Source: Tubiluchus corallicola
Lineage: Eukaryota; Animalia; Priapulida
Direction of reading: 5' to 3'
Assembly: GCA_030141605.1 (NCBI GenBank)
Contig: JAQGDQ010000307.1
Span: 218,425-282,424 of the forward strand
DNA: 64,000 bases
Part shown: positions 52,001 through 64,000 of the stretch, one piece after another
Layout: every line of letters begins with the position of its first letter
How positions within the stretch are numbered: the stretch's first letter is position 1
The notes under the pieces: model-generated
Told to the model about the DNA's origin: nothing
Seen by the model: only the letters and a program-made list of their open reading frames with translations
Databases searched by the model: none
Program-made: the position numbers and the translations under genes

Positions 52001-54713
52001 TTCAGTTATCACTGTGAGAAATGCCATTCCCATTATCATGGGCGCTAATATTGGCACCTCTTTGACGAATACCATTGTTTCACTGGCTCAGTCATCAGAA
52101 AGAAATGAGTTTCGTCGAGCATTTGGAGGAGCAACCGTACACGATATGTTCAACTGGTTATCTGTGGTGATATTATTGCCCCTAGAAGCAACAACAGGTT
52201 ACATAAATTATTTTTTAATTTAGTACATAATTTCGTGCTTTCTTTATTGAACATTATTTAGTTGGTGTGTTTTCTATATGATGCAATTTTCAAACTATAT
52301 TTTCTTCTAGGATACTTGTACTGTCTGACCGAATGGCTGACACGTAACGTCAACTTTAGTGCACAACAAGGATTGAATAGAGAATTCTTGACAGTCATTA
52401 CAAAGCCATTTACAAAACTTGTTATTCAGGTGAGTGACAATTTCTTGTATCATAATAGTATTTTTTAGAGTCATGAACTCGTTTTCATGCATTGGCTTCT
52501 TTGAATTCTTAACTGGACAACAGTTTTGCAGCAGCTTCATTAAATACTGTAAACTGAAAAAATGTGCGAGCTAAATTGTTGCGAATTGATCTTCGAATAT
52601 TTGATTGCGAAGTAAAGTTTTGGGCACGCACTACTCCAAGCAAGGTTAAAGGTGGAAAAATTTATGGCTTCATTTTTTCATAATCATTGATATGAGTTGC
52701 TCATTAGTAGGACTACACGTTATAGTAAAACACATTGTCAAACAATGCACCATGTTGATAATATTGTCTATATTTAGCAGCATATTCAAGAATTTAACAC
52801 ATTTATCAGCACCAGGAAATTGTGCTTGGAAATATATACATTCAGACGTCCTTGCAAAATTTGCAAGCATCTCCAGCGACTTATTGTTAAGGATTTACAT
52901 GAAAGAATGATTCCAGCATAAGCCTAATTTTGATATTTATTTGCTGAGTTTTTTGTTTGAATCGTAATCAGTGTTATTAATATAGTAATTTGCCATCTTT
53001 CGATTTTTGCTCTTACAAGCATAAGCAAAACGTTTGTGGAAGCTGTAAAAAAATTTGTCCGCTTGTTATAGCTAGCTGTTAATTAAGTTTCTAAGGTAAT
53101 ACTATATGTAATTACCAGAAACTTTATAGAAATTATGTAGTGACTTTTACTATTGATGTTTGATAAACCTTTCTTTCTTTTACAGTTGGATAAGAAGGTT
53201 ATAACTGAAATAGCCCTAGGTGTCCCTGGTGCTGCTGACAAATCTCTCATTAAAACTTATTGTGAGTATGACAAGACAATGGAATTTGTCAACAAAAGCT
53301 TGGAATCAAACCTTACAGAGTATACCTCAGAGTTAGTGGAGGTTAAAAAAGGCATCAATGATTCTTGTAAGTTAACGTATTACATTCATGAATTGTTATT
53401 ACTATTAATACTGTTTTTCTAAATTAGAAAGGGGGATTTTAAAACATGTTGCAACATACTTTTTATTAAATTTAAAATGTTCACGCCAGCTGGTAAAGGT
53501 GTTCTAGTGAGCACCAAACAACATCACTGACTCCACAAAATCAATTATACAATTAATTTTATTGACAAGATAAAGCAATTTATACTTTGCTTGGTTAGTG
53601 AAGTGCATGCTACGAATACTGTTTTTTTCGAACTTTACGTATTGTTATCTTAATTTGTTTAAAAAAAAATGATATATTTTATTTGTTGCAGGTTCTTTTT
53701 TGTTTTATAACACTGGACTGAATGATACAGTTGTTGGAATTGTGCTTCTTGCAATGTCCCTGGTGATGCTTTGTTCGTGTTTAATACTCATGGTTAAAGT
53801 GCTTCACTCACTGTTGCGGGGACAGATTGCTGTCGTCATCAAGAAAACGATAAACTCCGACTTTCCTGGAGCACTGTCTTTTCTAACTGGTTACTTTGCT
53901 ATTCTCGTTGGTGCTGGCATGACCATACTAGTGCAAAGCAGTTCGGTCTTCACGTCAGCTATGACACCCTTGGTCGGAATTGGAGTAATTAGTCTAGACA
54001 GGATGTTTCCGCTGACCCTTGGGGCCAACATTGGCACGACAGTAACCGGCATCTTGGCAGCACTGGCCAGTAGTGGCAGGAGTTTTCAAAGTGCTATACA
54101 AATTGCCCTTTGCCATTTATTCTTTAACATTTCTGGCATATTGATCTTCTACCCAATTCCTCCAATGCGGAAAGTTCCCATAGGCTTAGCCAAATTATTA
54201 GGGAACACAACAGCCAAATATCGATGGTTTGCTGTCCTCTATGTATTGGTGATGTTTGTTGTTCTTCCAGGTGGCATCTTTGGTCTCAGTTTGGCAGGAC
54301 CTATAGTTCTGCTTGCAGTATCTGTTCCCCTCGCCACGCTTCTGTTATTTATTGTCATTGTAAATGCCATGCAGAGAAAAGCCCCTGGCCTGCTTCCAGT
54401 TCCACTAAGAACATGGGATACGTTACCATTATGGATGCATTCACTGCAGCCGTTGGATTCCTTGATTACTAAGCTTGCTTGCTGTGCTTGCTGCAGAAGG
54501 CTGACTACCCAATCTCATCCCAAAATCGTGCTACCACGCAAAGACACGCCCACTAGAGCATTGCTCAGTCCAAGTTCTAGTGCAAATTCAAGTGCTACAT
54601 CAAGTCGTGCTTCCAGTCAGTATCCCAGTCGAACCAGTAGTCATGTGAATTTACCTTACAATTTTTCAGCTACAAGGTTAGGTTCCAAACTTGAAACAAT
54701 CAGTAGTTTATAG
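49038..54713 (+). CDS. SLC34A2: Sodium-dependent phosphate cotransporter NaPi-II (SLC34 family, SLC34A2-like), 8 coding exons, about 691 aa
   Basis: Exons 49038-49130, 49251-49443, 49899-50007, 50401-50567, 52006-52197, 52311-52429, 53186-53366, 53692-54713 (2076 nt). Two QSSS repeats ([22 protein letters not shown]), GANIGT twice, [24 protein letters not shown], a CCACC cluster and C-terminal -SSL. The paralog symbol is nominal for an invertebrate. Confidence 0.94.
51404..51530. repeat. 60-bp tandem duplication in SLC34 intron 4
   Basis: AGTTAAAGTACCAAGTCAATAATTGAACGTTTATATTGCATTTCACATTCCAAGGAATGC repeated with about 7 substitutions. Confidence 0.9.
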
Positions 54714-56079
54714 CATCTTGTAATGTTTAGGTAATTTGTATTTATTTGTATATTTTCCCGTGTGGCTTACTTTGTGTCATTCGTATTGTGTAAATGATCC
54801 TAGTTGTCGAATTAGGAATCTTTTGTATATATGAATCCTTTTCTTTCATCATGACGATTTCGCACAATAAACGTATCATTTAAGTGATTAATTTAAACGC
54901 TATTTGTACTGTTGAATTCAACTCTTGTTTTATTTTAATATGGGAGAAACTACTTATTTAATGATCTGATCAATTTCTCGAGCACAGTTTTCACTTTTGT
55001 GAAGTTCATCGTTCTTATTTCGTGTGTATATATTTATTTTGATAAATAAACATTGCATATTATTTAGAAAAAACAATTTAATCTTATCTGTGGATTCATT
55101 GTGCATGTGCCCAACAGCATCAACCAGACAGTAATTACTGAAAAAAAGTAAAATGGCTAGCATACATAGCTACTACAAAATTAGTAATTTGTTTAGTAGC
55201 AGTATCTTGAAGTTTTGGGTGTCCAAAGCTCAAATTGTTTTTTTATTAGGTCCCCTGATTATTCTGAGGACATTCAAGAATGGGTAGAACGGCTAGAAAC
55301 CTTGACAGTTACACTGCATACATGGGTTGATCTAAGTCAACTCAGTATGGGGGATTAGAGTGGCCTCTCACCTACTGACAACCAAACATAGGCAGAACAG
55401 AACTTTTAATACTTCCCCTTGGGGTTCAGTATGTACTAAGAAAATCCATTAGCTCTGTGTAAGTAATTAGAAGTTGAGTGATTTGTCAGTTTTGACAACC
55501 AGTATCAAGCAAAAGCCACTCAAATGACTGCACTCTGGTTTTTCACATTAATTCAGTACGTATAAATTTTACCGTATAAAGTATTTTAAAATGACCAAAG
55601 CAGAAGACACTGAAAGTTCACACCAGCATTTTATATCAAAAATATCTAGTGCATCACAAAAAAGTAAAACAGATACTAGAATACGATATTCAGGAGGGTT
55701 GTTTAGTTGCCAACAAGAAAACGACCAGCTAGATCGTTTAGTAGGCCAATTGAATGACACAATATCAAGATCACCAATAATTCAAAGTGTAAGCATTATG
55801 TTATATCTGTTGTAAAATGTTTGCTAAAATTATGCGTTTTATAAGGCCAAGTGAGTTATACACAGTTAGTATTCACGAAAATAATTCATATACTCGTGTG
55901 TGACATAGATATTTTACAATGATAAGTTATAAGTTTTGGTTATAAGTTACATGCAAATCACTAATCGGGCAATTGATGAGGATTCCCACACAAGTTTATA
56001 TTACTATAGGCAGCATGATTTTTAGCGCAACACAGAACTTTATATAGTTCCGTGATCGAGTCACTGGGTGACGCCCCCA

Positions 56080-56780
56080 CAAAATTATTTTAACCCTCCA
56101 AGAAGGCAGATCCAGGATTCGAGCAATTGTAACTTTAATGTTCCAAAGGCAAGTTTTGTCTCTCAAAATGTCAGTGTACATTGACAAAAATATTTTACCA
56201 CCAGGGAAGGGCAAATCTAGGATTTTAATTACAACTGTACAATGTATGAGTTGTAAAGGCAAGAAGGTTTGTCCCTCAAAATGTTAAATTAAATGCAGAT
56301 AAGATGTTAGATGAAGAGTGACAATTTTTGGACAACGGCCAGTAGTGAGAATGCAGGATGGTGTGTACAGTTGGAGGAATTAGAGTGGCTCGTCAATTAT
56401 TGAATAGCCAATACTGCCAAAAGTATTTTATCCTCCTCGATCCCTCAGTGAGATCGGATCATGGTTTCTAACAACTGCAACTACGTACATATAGTGTTAC
56501 AAAAGGAGGAGTTTGTCCTGCATAATGTTAAGTGTAGATGTCAGGTGGCAAATTTTGGCCTGCATAACCCTCCCTCCTTCTAGGACTCGGGATGCTTGGT
56601 CTAGTGGAAAAAACGAGATAGCTCAATGTGAGGAATTACAGTGATGTATCTTCTGTAGCCAATCCAACATTGACAAAAATTTTACATCTCCCCCAGATGA
56701 GGAAGGTCAGATCCATGATTTGAACAATTTCAATCATAATGTTATAAAAGATTTTGTCCCATAAAATGTCAAGTGTATCT
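56080..56780 (+). repeat. Diverged ~100-bp repeat, 3 copies, interleaved with a second dispersed repeat
   Basis: AAAT..TTTTA..GAAGG.CA.ATC..GATT...TTTGTC..AAAATGT at about 56082, 56188 and 56677. A GGAATTAGAGTG-type motif occurs at about 55350, 56376 and 56632, and inverted at about 20442. Confidence 0.65.
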
Positions 56781-58187
56781 TACACGATGGGTGACCGCTT
56801 TTGGGCAATGGCTTGCATGTAGTGCACACTGCTGCCATTCAGTGCTGTTAACTCCTCAAGAAAATCTCCAACGCCACAATACATGGCAAGGCCATGTACA
56901 CTACGACCATCTACAGATAATAGTGCAGGAGGCTGCCACGTACACGTACCGTTATTTGTTGACAATGATTAAAACAAAAACGACAACAAGGCAAATTTAT
57001 TGTTCAATGCTGTCAACTCTTCCAAATCACCCACAATTCACACATTCTAATGTTCTCCGCATCTCCAGGCCATTTGCCATTAACTGGACTCATTCTCTCC
57101 CCATTTCTTACTCGTACTCTCTATTAGTGACTAGATATTGTTAGTTATAACAATAACTAAAAAAAATTAAAATTTTATATAAAAATGGTATCTATAACCC
57201 ATTTTAGTCGCAATAAACTGAACATGTATTTCGTAATGCTAATCATATCATCACATTCAGCAAGCAGCTAGCAATATGATCCATCTTTCATTTTTAAACT
57301 ATGTCGCAAATGTCAATCATCTATTAATTAACTTTCGCTCACTGTTATTAGATGTTTTCACATATTAATTCAGTTTTAATAACTACCATTAAATGAGTTT
57401 TCCTATTTTTTCAAATTCAAACTAAGCATACATTTTAAGAATTTTAGCTTTAAGCATTCTGCTCCCGACAGATGACACCAGTACTACGTCGTGCATACTG
57501 CATAGAACTTGGGCCTCCACTGCTGTCTTTGCTCTTCATTGCATGTTTTATTGACCCAACACAACACAGTGCCACCGAGCACAAAATGCAGGAAACAAGT
57601 TTAAGCATTCTTACAGGTGAAAACAGCTCTGTCTCTGCATACCTCTATAGGATGTCTCCGTGATTGTGAGGTATGCTGGTGATTTTGAGTGTAAGAACAT
57701 AAAAAGCTGTTGTACGTGTAGGTATGACTCGTAGACCCATCACCTCAATCAAGTACAATAGCTAGAGCTAAAGTAACATTAAGCTATTGAAAAGCGAGTG
57801 CTTAAATTACTCTTAAAATTCCATCATGCATACTTACTCAATTCTTATTGTAATAAAATGTGTTAATGACATGTTTGACTGCACCATGTCTAATTATAAG
57901 TGACGGTTTGTCGCTTGTTGGAGTAGAATTCAATGGCTCTGTCTTTTGATTTATTATGTATTATGCTGCAAAAAGTAGTATGCAAAACCATACTTTTAAT
58001 AACGAAAATAACCATGTTTGTACATTTATTAACAATGTATTGTCAAAAAGCATTGAATCAACTTAGTGTCTATATTAAATAAGTATATTTCCATGTTATC
58101 ACCGGCCTTCCTTCTGGTCGAAAACATCTAACTTAGTCACTTGTAAGATTAGAGTTACCCTTGAACTACATAGCAATATGGTTGGTA

Positions 58188-60542
58188 TTATTCTGGTTTC
58201 TGAGGCAAGTCTAGGCTAACCATATGTGCACTCTCTTCGATACTCCTTTCTCCCTTACCACTGTACTGTTGCAAGAGTTCCTGTAAATATTTAATTTAAA
58301 TAATTAAATCTATAGGACAACAAGATGGTCTATTAGCTACTAGTTGCTAAATCTATTCATTTATTTAAAATTAATCAGTCATTTGTACTGTGCTTATTTC
58401 TCAGTGCTCATTTCTATATCATCAAGTGAGCAAATTGAACAAAATTGTTTTACTCATATCTAGCACAGAAAAACATGCTAATTGCACACTAAAAATTTAC
58501 CACACAGAAGTTGGTGGAAAACCCGTAAAACTACAAAGCACTGTCGGCTATTACCAAAAATAGGAATTTTACATTTCACATGGTTTGTATACTAAGCCAG
58601 CTTGTTACCACAAAAACAAAAATTTGCGAATCTGGATACTCTGAGAGATTTAAAATTTGAAATGTACGTGTTGGTAATTAAGGGATTTACCTGATTTTTT
58701 CTTAAACTCTGTAAGAGACATAGGTACGTGGAACCCAAAAAGTGTAACTCTTCTTTAGCACGGCATAGCTGCTCACTTGTAACGTGATGCTGCATGTACT
58801 GATCCCTTATCAAGTTGTAAGCCAACGTATCCTTCACATTAGGCTAAACAGCAAACATAGAAATTAGTATAATTACATGATATAATATTCCATTTTCCTT
58901 TGTTTCTTCAGCTTATAATAGTTATTAGTGATGGGTGTAATTAATCACTAATTCCAAGCAATTAGTGGAATTTTACAGTAATTACAATTACTTTGCTTAC
59001 TAGTTGAAAAATGCTGGGAATCAATTACTAAGTTCAGTCATCGAAATAAGTACTAGAAAAACGATTATTTATTTGCCAGAAAATTTCATCTTTCTCATTG
59101 AAAAAGTAACCCATTCTTTGAATAAAATACTGTACTTGAAAATGTACAGTACTATGACTATGCCTGTCAAGATTGAAATTAAGATGAGCAGCAATTTTTG
59201 AAGATTGGGAGACTGACTTTGTCGTGAAGGCAGCATTAAACAGACTGTTTAACTAATAAAATTGTGTCAAATATTTATACTGTTATACTGTCGTGATTAG
59301 GGGTTAAGCGAGTACACTCATAGAAACCTCATATTTTTCTGCCAAAATAACTGTCAATTAAGGATTTAAACTTTACTGTGGTTGGTGCAGCAATCACCAT
59401 GGTAGGCAGATTATTCCATTCATCCATAGCTCTCACAGAAAATGAATATTTACGAATGTCAAGACATGACCTCTTTAAACAGCTTTAAGATATGTCCTCT
59501 GGTTTTAGAATCAACAACTAAATTAAAGAATTTTTTGTTTTCTTTTCTAGTTAATATTTTACAACCTTCAATAAGATCTCCACAGTGTCTTCTTAATTAA
59601 GCGTGGTCAAACTGCAATACTTCAATCTTTCCGAATATGTCAGATTTTTGCAACCTAATATTATTTTTGTAGCAGGCCTTTGTACACCTTGCAAAAGCAA
59701 TATATCTTTCTGATAATGGGGTTTCCAAAGCTGCACACAGTATTCTAGATGAAGTCTAACCAAACCAATGTATAATTTAAATATAATTTCTTTACTTCTA
59801 GAAATGATGTGTCACTTTATCATCCCCAAAATTTTGTTTGCTTTCTTAACATAAAATACACATTGCTGGGAAAATTTCATGTCTGATGTTATTATCACAC
59901 CAAGATCATTTTTACTATTTGTACTTTGAAGAGTTGTTCCATTCACAACATAATCACTTTTAAGATGCCATTTGTATCAGATGACCCAATATAATCTATT
60001 AGACTCACAGTAATTGCTCACTAAAGTAAAATTAATCAGTAATCACGATTACATATGTCTCCCAATTAGCAGAAATATACAGGCTTAACTCAGTTAACTG
60101 CTTCAAGAACTGATATCGCTTCTTGTTAAACATAATCACTTATTGACTTAACCAGTTAAGGTGGTAACTTGTAAAACGAAAAATGAGGCATCAAGATACG
60201 CCAGGCATGCAGTCTCGTCTGGTATAGCAAACTATAAATGAATTTAAAAAAATTAAACAATGGAAAATGTAGCTCAGTAAATAAACCTACACTATAAGTC
60301 CAATCACATTCTGGAAACAAACCATAAAGTACAAAAAATAAAGATTATTAATATTAATTATAATTTTAAAACAATAAAGTTTGCACGTAGGTGTATACAA
60401 AATGAAATAAAATTGGTAAATATATAATAGAGGAACACTAAGGAGCAAGCTATACCTTGGTTGTATTATGTCGCAATTCATCTATTAAACGTCTCCAAAG
60501 TTTTAGTGAATTTCCAAACTTTCGACAGCTAGAAGCTGCCAT
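58188..60542 (-). CDS. FMC1: FMC1 homolog (formation of mitochondrial complex V assembly factor 1, C7orf55), 3 exons, 110 aa
   Basis: Exons 60542-60456 (MAASSCRKFGNSLKLWRRLIDELRHNTTK), 58843-58691 (PNVKDTLAYNLIRDQYMQHHVTSEQLCRAKEELHFLGSTYLCLLQSLRKNQ) and 58280-58188 (ELLQQYSGKGERSIEESAHMVSLDLPQKPE*). VTSEQLCRA, TYLCLL and GKGERS are FMC1 signatures. Both introns are phase-0 GT-AG. Confidence 0.92.
59345..59965 (-). mobile_element. CR1-clade LINE fragment in FMC1 intron 1
   Basis: Minus-strand translation DLGVIITSDMKFSQQC..KKANKILGMIK..KLYIGLVRLHLEYCVQLWKPHYQKDI..VQRPATKII..YSERLK, typical of the CR1 ORF2 C-terminus. Confidence 0.85.
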
Positions 60543-61004
60543 ATCCCCGATCCACAGACAAATTGTAAAGCCCAACGTGTCTAACGCTTCGTTTAATCTA
60601 AAGTGTGTTTAACGAAAAAGCCACTGGCAGCCAATTCCGAAACTGGTTTACTCAATACTTATACGACTAGTCTTTTGCTAATACTAACAAATAACAATAA
60701 AGGCTAATAACAGTATTAATAACAATAGTTAAAAAGAATAATAACAATAAGTATGAATTCAAGATTTTTTAACACACCCACGGCTATGCAAAGGTAAGAT
60801 AAGCAAAACTATAAGTCAGTTCATGATTGTATGTACGTCACTGCAGCATGACAGAGCAGTCATGGATGCATGGTCCAGGGCGTACCAGAGTGACAAATGC
60901 CATTTAATACAAATACAGATAAATGCAAAACTCTTGGAAACAACCAAGACAAATTTAACTATAATCATAGCGGATAGGTCAGGCAGATAGATAGTTATAA
61001 TGCA

Positions 61005-61270
61005 AACTAAGTGTCTTTGATGTATAATTAATTATGTGGACGTTCAACCAACATATTGACGAGGTCACCAAAAATGCAGGAAAAAATTTGGTTTATCAGA
61101 ATAACTTTCAGGTTGATATACTTATAGATATCCCAATATTTCTGATTCTGTACAAAACATTATGTCGATTCTGTTCTTGACTACGGATATGTCACCTGGA
61201 AACCATCCAAATTTAATGCAATCGTAGAAGCAGAATCTGCTAACTCCTTCACGATTGCAAGTGTTTTCTG
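61005..61270 (+). mobile_element. Highly degraded LINE ORF2 C-terminal remnant
   Basis: Fragments WTFNQHIDEVTKNAG and ILILYKTL resemble the CR1/L2 post-RT region; interrupted. Confidence 0.45.
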
Positions 61271-62402
61271 CATTTTGCATAGATTCATGAAAAACTGCTC
61301 TCACTAACAAGCGATTGTGTTATATTTGCTATTTTTGTAGGTTTCTACTTGTCACACAATGGATTTTCATGCAAATGTTTACCTTAGACAAATTAAAAAT
61401 CGATTTTTGCCAAAAATTGAAAAAACTTTCAATAACTACAGTGTTTGCACTCTAACAATCTACAGTATCACTTGTGCGAAATCGGCCAATGCAGAAAATT
61501 TCAACTATCCAGACATAACATTCTGATACACTTTCGCCTCAAGTGTTCTCTGTTTTTAAGGAGAAATCTCCTGTTAAAAGATGAAGCTACCTTAATTTCT
61601 CCTTGGCTGATCTGTTGGGTTTTCTTGGTACTCTGTACAGCAGACTGTTCACTTGGGCTATAGCAAGTAGGCGACCAATAAAAGACTGCATACTATCATG
61701 CAAGTGTACACCAGACTAAGCCACTCAATAGGCTAAGTTGAAGTGCCTCAAGAAGGCATGTTTTTTTTTTAATTTTTGCCTAATTATATCACTTATAAAT
61801 ATTTAAACAAATAGCATGATTGGATAGCCGAGATTCCTTTTGAGTAGAACGTACCTAATTTGTAATCATTTAGTTATTTCTAAGCAGTAGCAGAAAAGTC
61901 TTTCATGATTTGCATCCATCAGATGTCTCAGATATTACATGGCAGTAGCCAGTAGGCTTGTAGCTAAAATTAGTGTGGGGGCGCTGCAGCAGAAAATATT
62001 TAGCCATTGTTTTAATACAGAATGAAATGAAACAGACATAACTGTAATAGTAATTTTAAGCAAACAAACATGTGAAAGTTTATACATAAACTTGATAAAA
62101 TCCTAAACAAAATTTTTTTTATTCATTCATGGTAAGCACGTGACAACTGACAACAAACTATAGGAGAGACCTGTTTTCTCTACCTGACTAAGACACGTGC
62201 ACATGAGCGCGTCGCTGGAGCGCATTGTGCTGGGCTGTGAAGCAAACAGTACTACCCTCACGTGCTTTGGTTCCATACAAGTATAGAGAAAGAACTAAAG
62301 AAAAAATTATGTTGAATATTATCGATAATATTGAGGGAAAATAGTTGGTGCTACAATTCTACAAATGCACAGTACGTATACACGGCTGCCACTGGCAGTG
62401 AT

Positions 62403-62490
62403 TTATTTTTGTAGCTATATACGTTAACTCCTTCAGGGTCTATATTGAATGGTATAATCCTGAAGGAGTTAACGTATAGCTACAAAATAA
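62403..62490. repeat. Inverted repeat / long hairpin
   Basis: TTTTGTAGCTATATACGTTAACTCCTTCAGG - 21-nt loop - CCTGAAGGAGTTAACGTATAGCTACAAAA: about 30-bp stem with one 2-nt bulge. Confidence 0.92.
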
Positions 62491-63049
62491 GCTACAAAAA
62501 TTAATGTAGTATGCAAAATCAGTATAGCCATGAGGTATTGTTAAAAGGACCTAGAGTGTTTTATGGTACCCTTACTTAAAACAATTTTGAGAAGATCACA
62601 TAATGGCAATTGTACGGAAATTTTAGTTACCCAAATGCTATGTGGACATAACTAGCTACTGTCATCCGTTTTTCCAGGTGATGCTTTCTAAAACAGTTTG
62701 TTATAACGCTGGTCCTCTACCAGGGGAATGTTGTATTTGATCTTGTGTAGCCAATGAAAATTTTATAGCTTCTGATCACTGTATCACTGGCAGACATTAT
62801 GTAAGTGTGAGGTGTGCTGCCGTGACTCAGAAAAACTATAGGTTTTATCACACAAACTATATCGCAATCAATTCAACACAAGCTGTTAAGCTTTGGGAGC
62901 ACAAATTTTCAGACAAGTCAGTTCCATTATGCTGGCAGATCCTAATCAATTGTTACAATAAGCTAATTAAAATGCATGTTCCATATATTTATTTAAAAAT
63001 GCAACCACTTCCTTGATTTAACTATATAGTGTGTGAAGCCTCTTCTAGC

Positions 63050-63700
63050 CAAAGAGAAGACGTACAACTACCTCAAACTTACTTTAGACCCGTTGGATCA
63101 ACTGCATGTTCCAACTATGTGCAAAAAACAACACATTCATGAAAAGGAAATTACTGACTGAAGCCAACCAAAAACATATAACAAGATGTCAAATCTTTCT
63201 GGAAGTGTGTAAAATTCAAACACGTTAGCAAACTGCAAGAGGGACCAATAGAAGCTCAAAATTTAATATGACCTAGCTAGTGACAGACACACAACACATC
63301 GCAGGAATTCCTAAAGAAGAGTTTAAACTTCATTACCAGAGACGTCAAAGTTACTTTCAGTCGACTCTGTAATAGATGTGCTATTATAAAACATATTATG
63401 AGCAAGTACGCCATATCAGTAAAGTACTAATTCACTCTTTGCCAGGACTTGATCTATTACATCTGGCTATACTACTTAAGACTGCACTGTATAATACTGA
63501 GTCACTAACAACTAACTAGTACCCATTGCATATGTAACTCTTGGACAAATTATACATAATCAAAATCAATAACATTAATTGTTAAGTTTCACTCATTGAT
63601 GTTAATTGTGGATCAATATTGGAAAAACCATCCTGACTAGCCTGAATGGACTATATTAGCAAATGATAATTAACACCTCTGTCTGACTATACACACAATC
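63050..63700 (+). mobile_element. Degraded CR1-like LINE ORF2 remnant
   Basis: Fragments DVKSFWKCVKFK and SLPGLDLLHL resemble the NPKxFWxYV and KSPGPDGIHP motifs that precede LINE RT domains. Confidence 0.45.
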
Positions 63701-63944
63701 AAAGTGTATAAAGAGGAAGTGATGAAAGAAGCCTATTGTTACGTATTTCGTTTTTGCGATTAGCGGCTATGCTGGCGGCATCAAACGGCGAATCAGTAAA
63801 AAATTTGGAGCGCCGCATTGACTGCAATAATAATATTATTAAGTTCACCAGTAGTGTTGACACGTGCAATTTTGATAAGCCAAAATCACTTTTACGTTTT
63901 TAATAAAAGAAGTATATCTCAATTAAAAGCGATTGTTAGTTTAA

Positions 63945-63946
<2 letters not shown>

Positions 63947-63977
<31 letters not shown>
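63947..63977. repeat. (AG)n microsatellite
   Basis: AG run with one interruption. Confidence 0.9.
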
Positions 63978-64000
63978 TCACTTTAACTAATGATTAGTGT

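Noticed and set aside
3975-60542. Selenocysteine or genetic-code reassignment in any of the five genes
   Set aside because: All five spliced models are open under the standard code with no internal stops.

Overview
AT-rich, intron-containing metazoan (invertebrate-like) nuclear DNA; not prokaryotic. I assembled five spliced genes by hand from splice signals and frame continuity. (1) NCLX/SLC8B1-family Na+/Ca2+ exchanger, minus strand, about 22 coding exons and 949 aa, with a greatly enlarged central loop and two minor-spliceosome (U12) introns, one AT-AC and one GT-AG. (2) Fructosamine/ketosamine-3-kinase (FN3K/FN3KRP), minus, 8 exons, 308 aa. (3) ETFBKMT/METTL20, plus, 3 coding exons, 276 aa. 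(4) SLC34/NaPi-II Na+-phosphate cotransporter, plus, 8 exons, 691 aa. (5) FMC1, minus, 3 exons, 110 aa. Introns and intergenic DNA carry non-autonomous DNA transposons (TA, TTAA and 8-bp TSD types), truncated RTE and CR1/L2 LINE fragments, a tRNA-derived element, tandem repeats and two long hairpins. The most notable locus is NCLX: U12 introns at both ion-binding alpha repeats, plus a modular multi-exon loop rich in basophilic kinase motifs with an RVxF phosphatase-docking motif. Exon models are manual and need RNA-seq confirmation.
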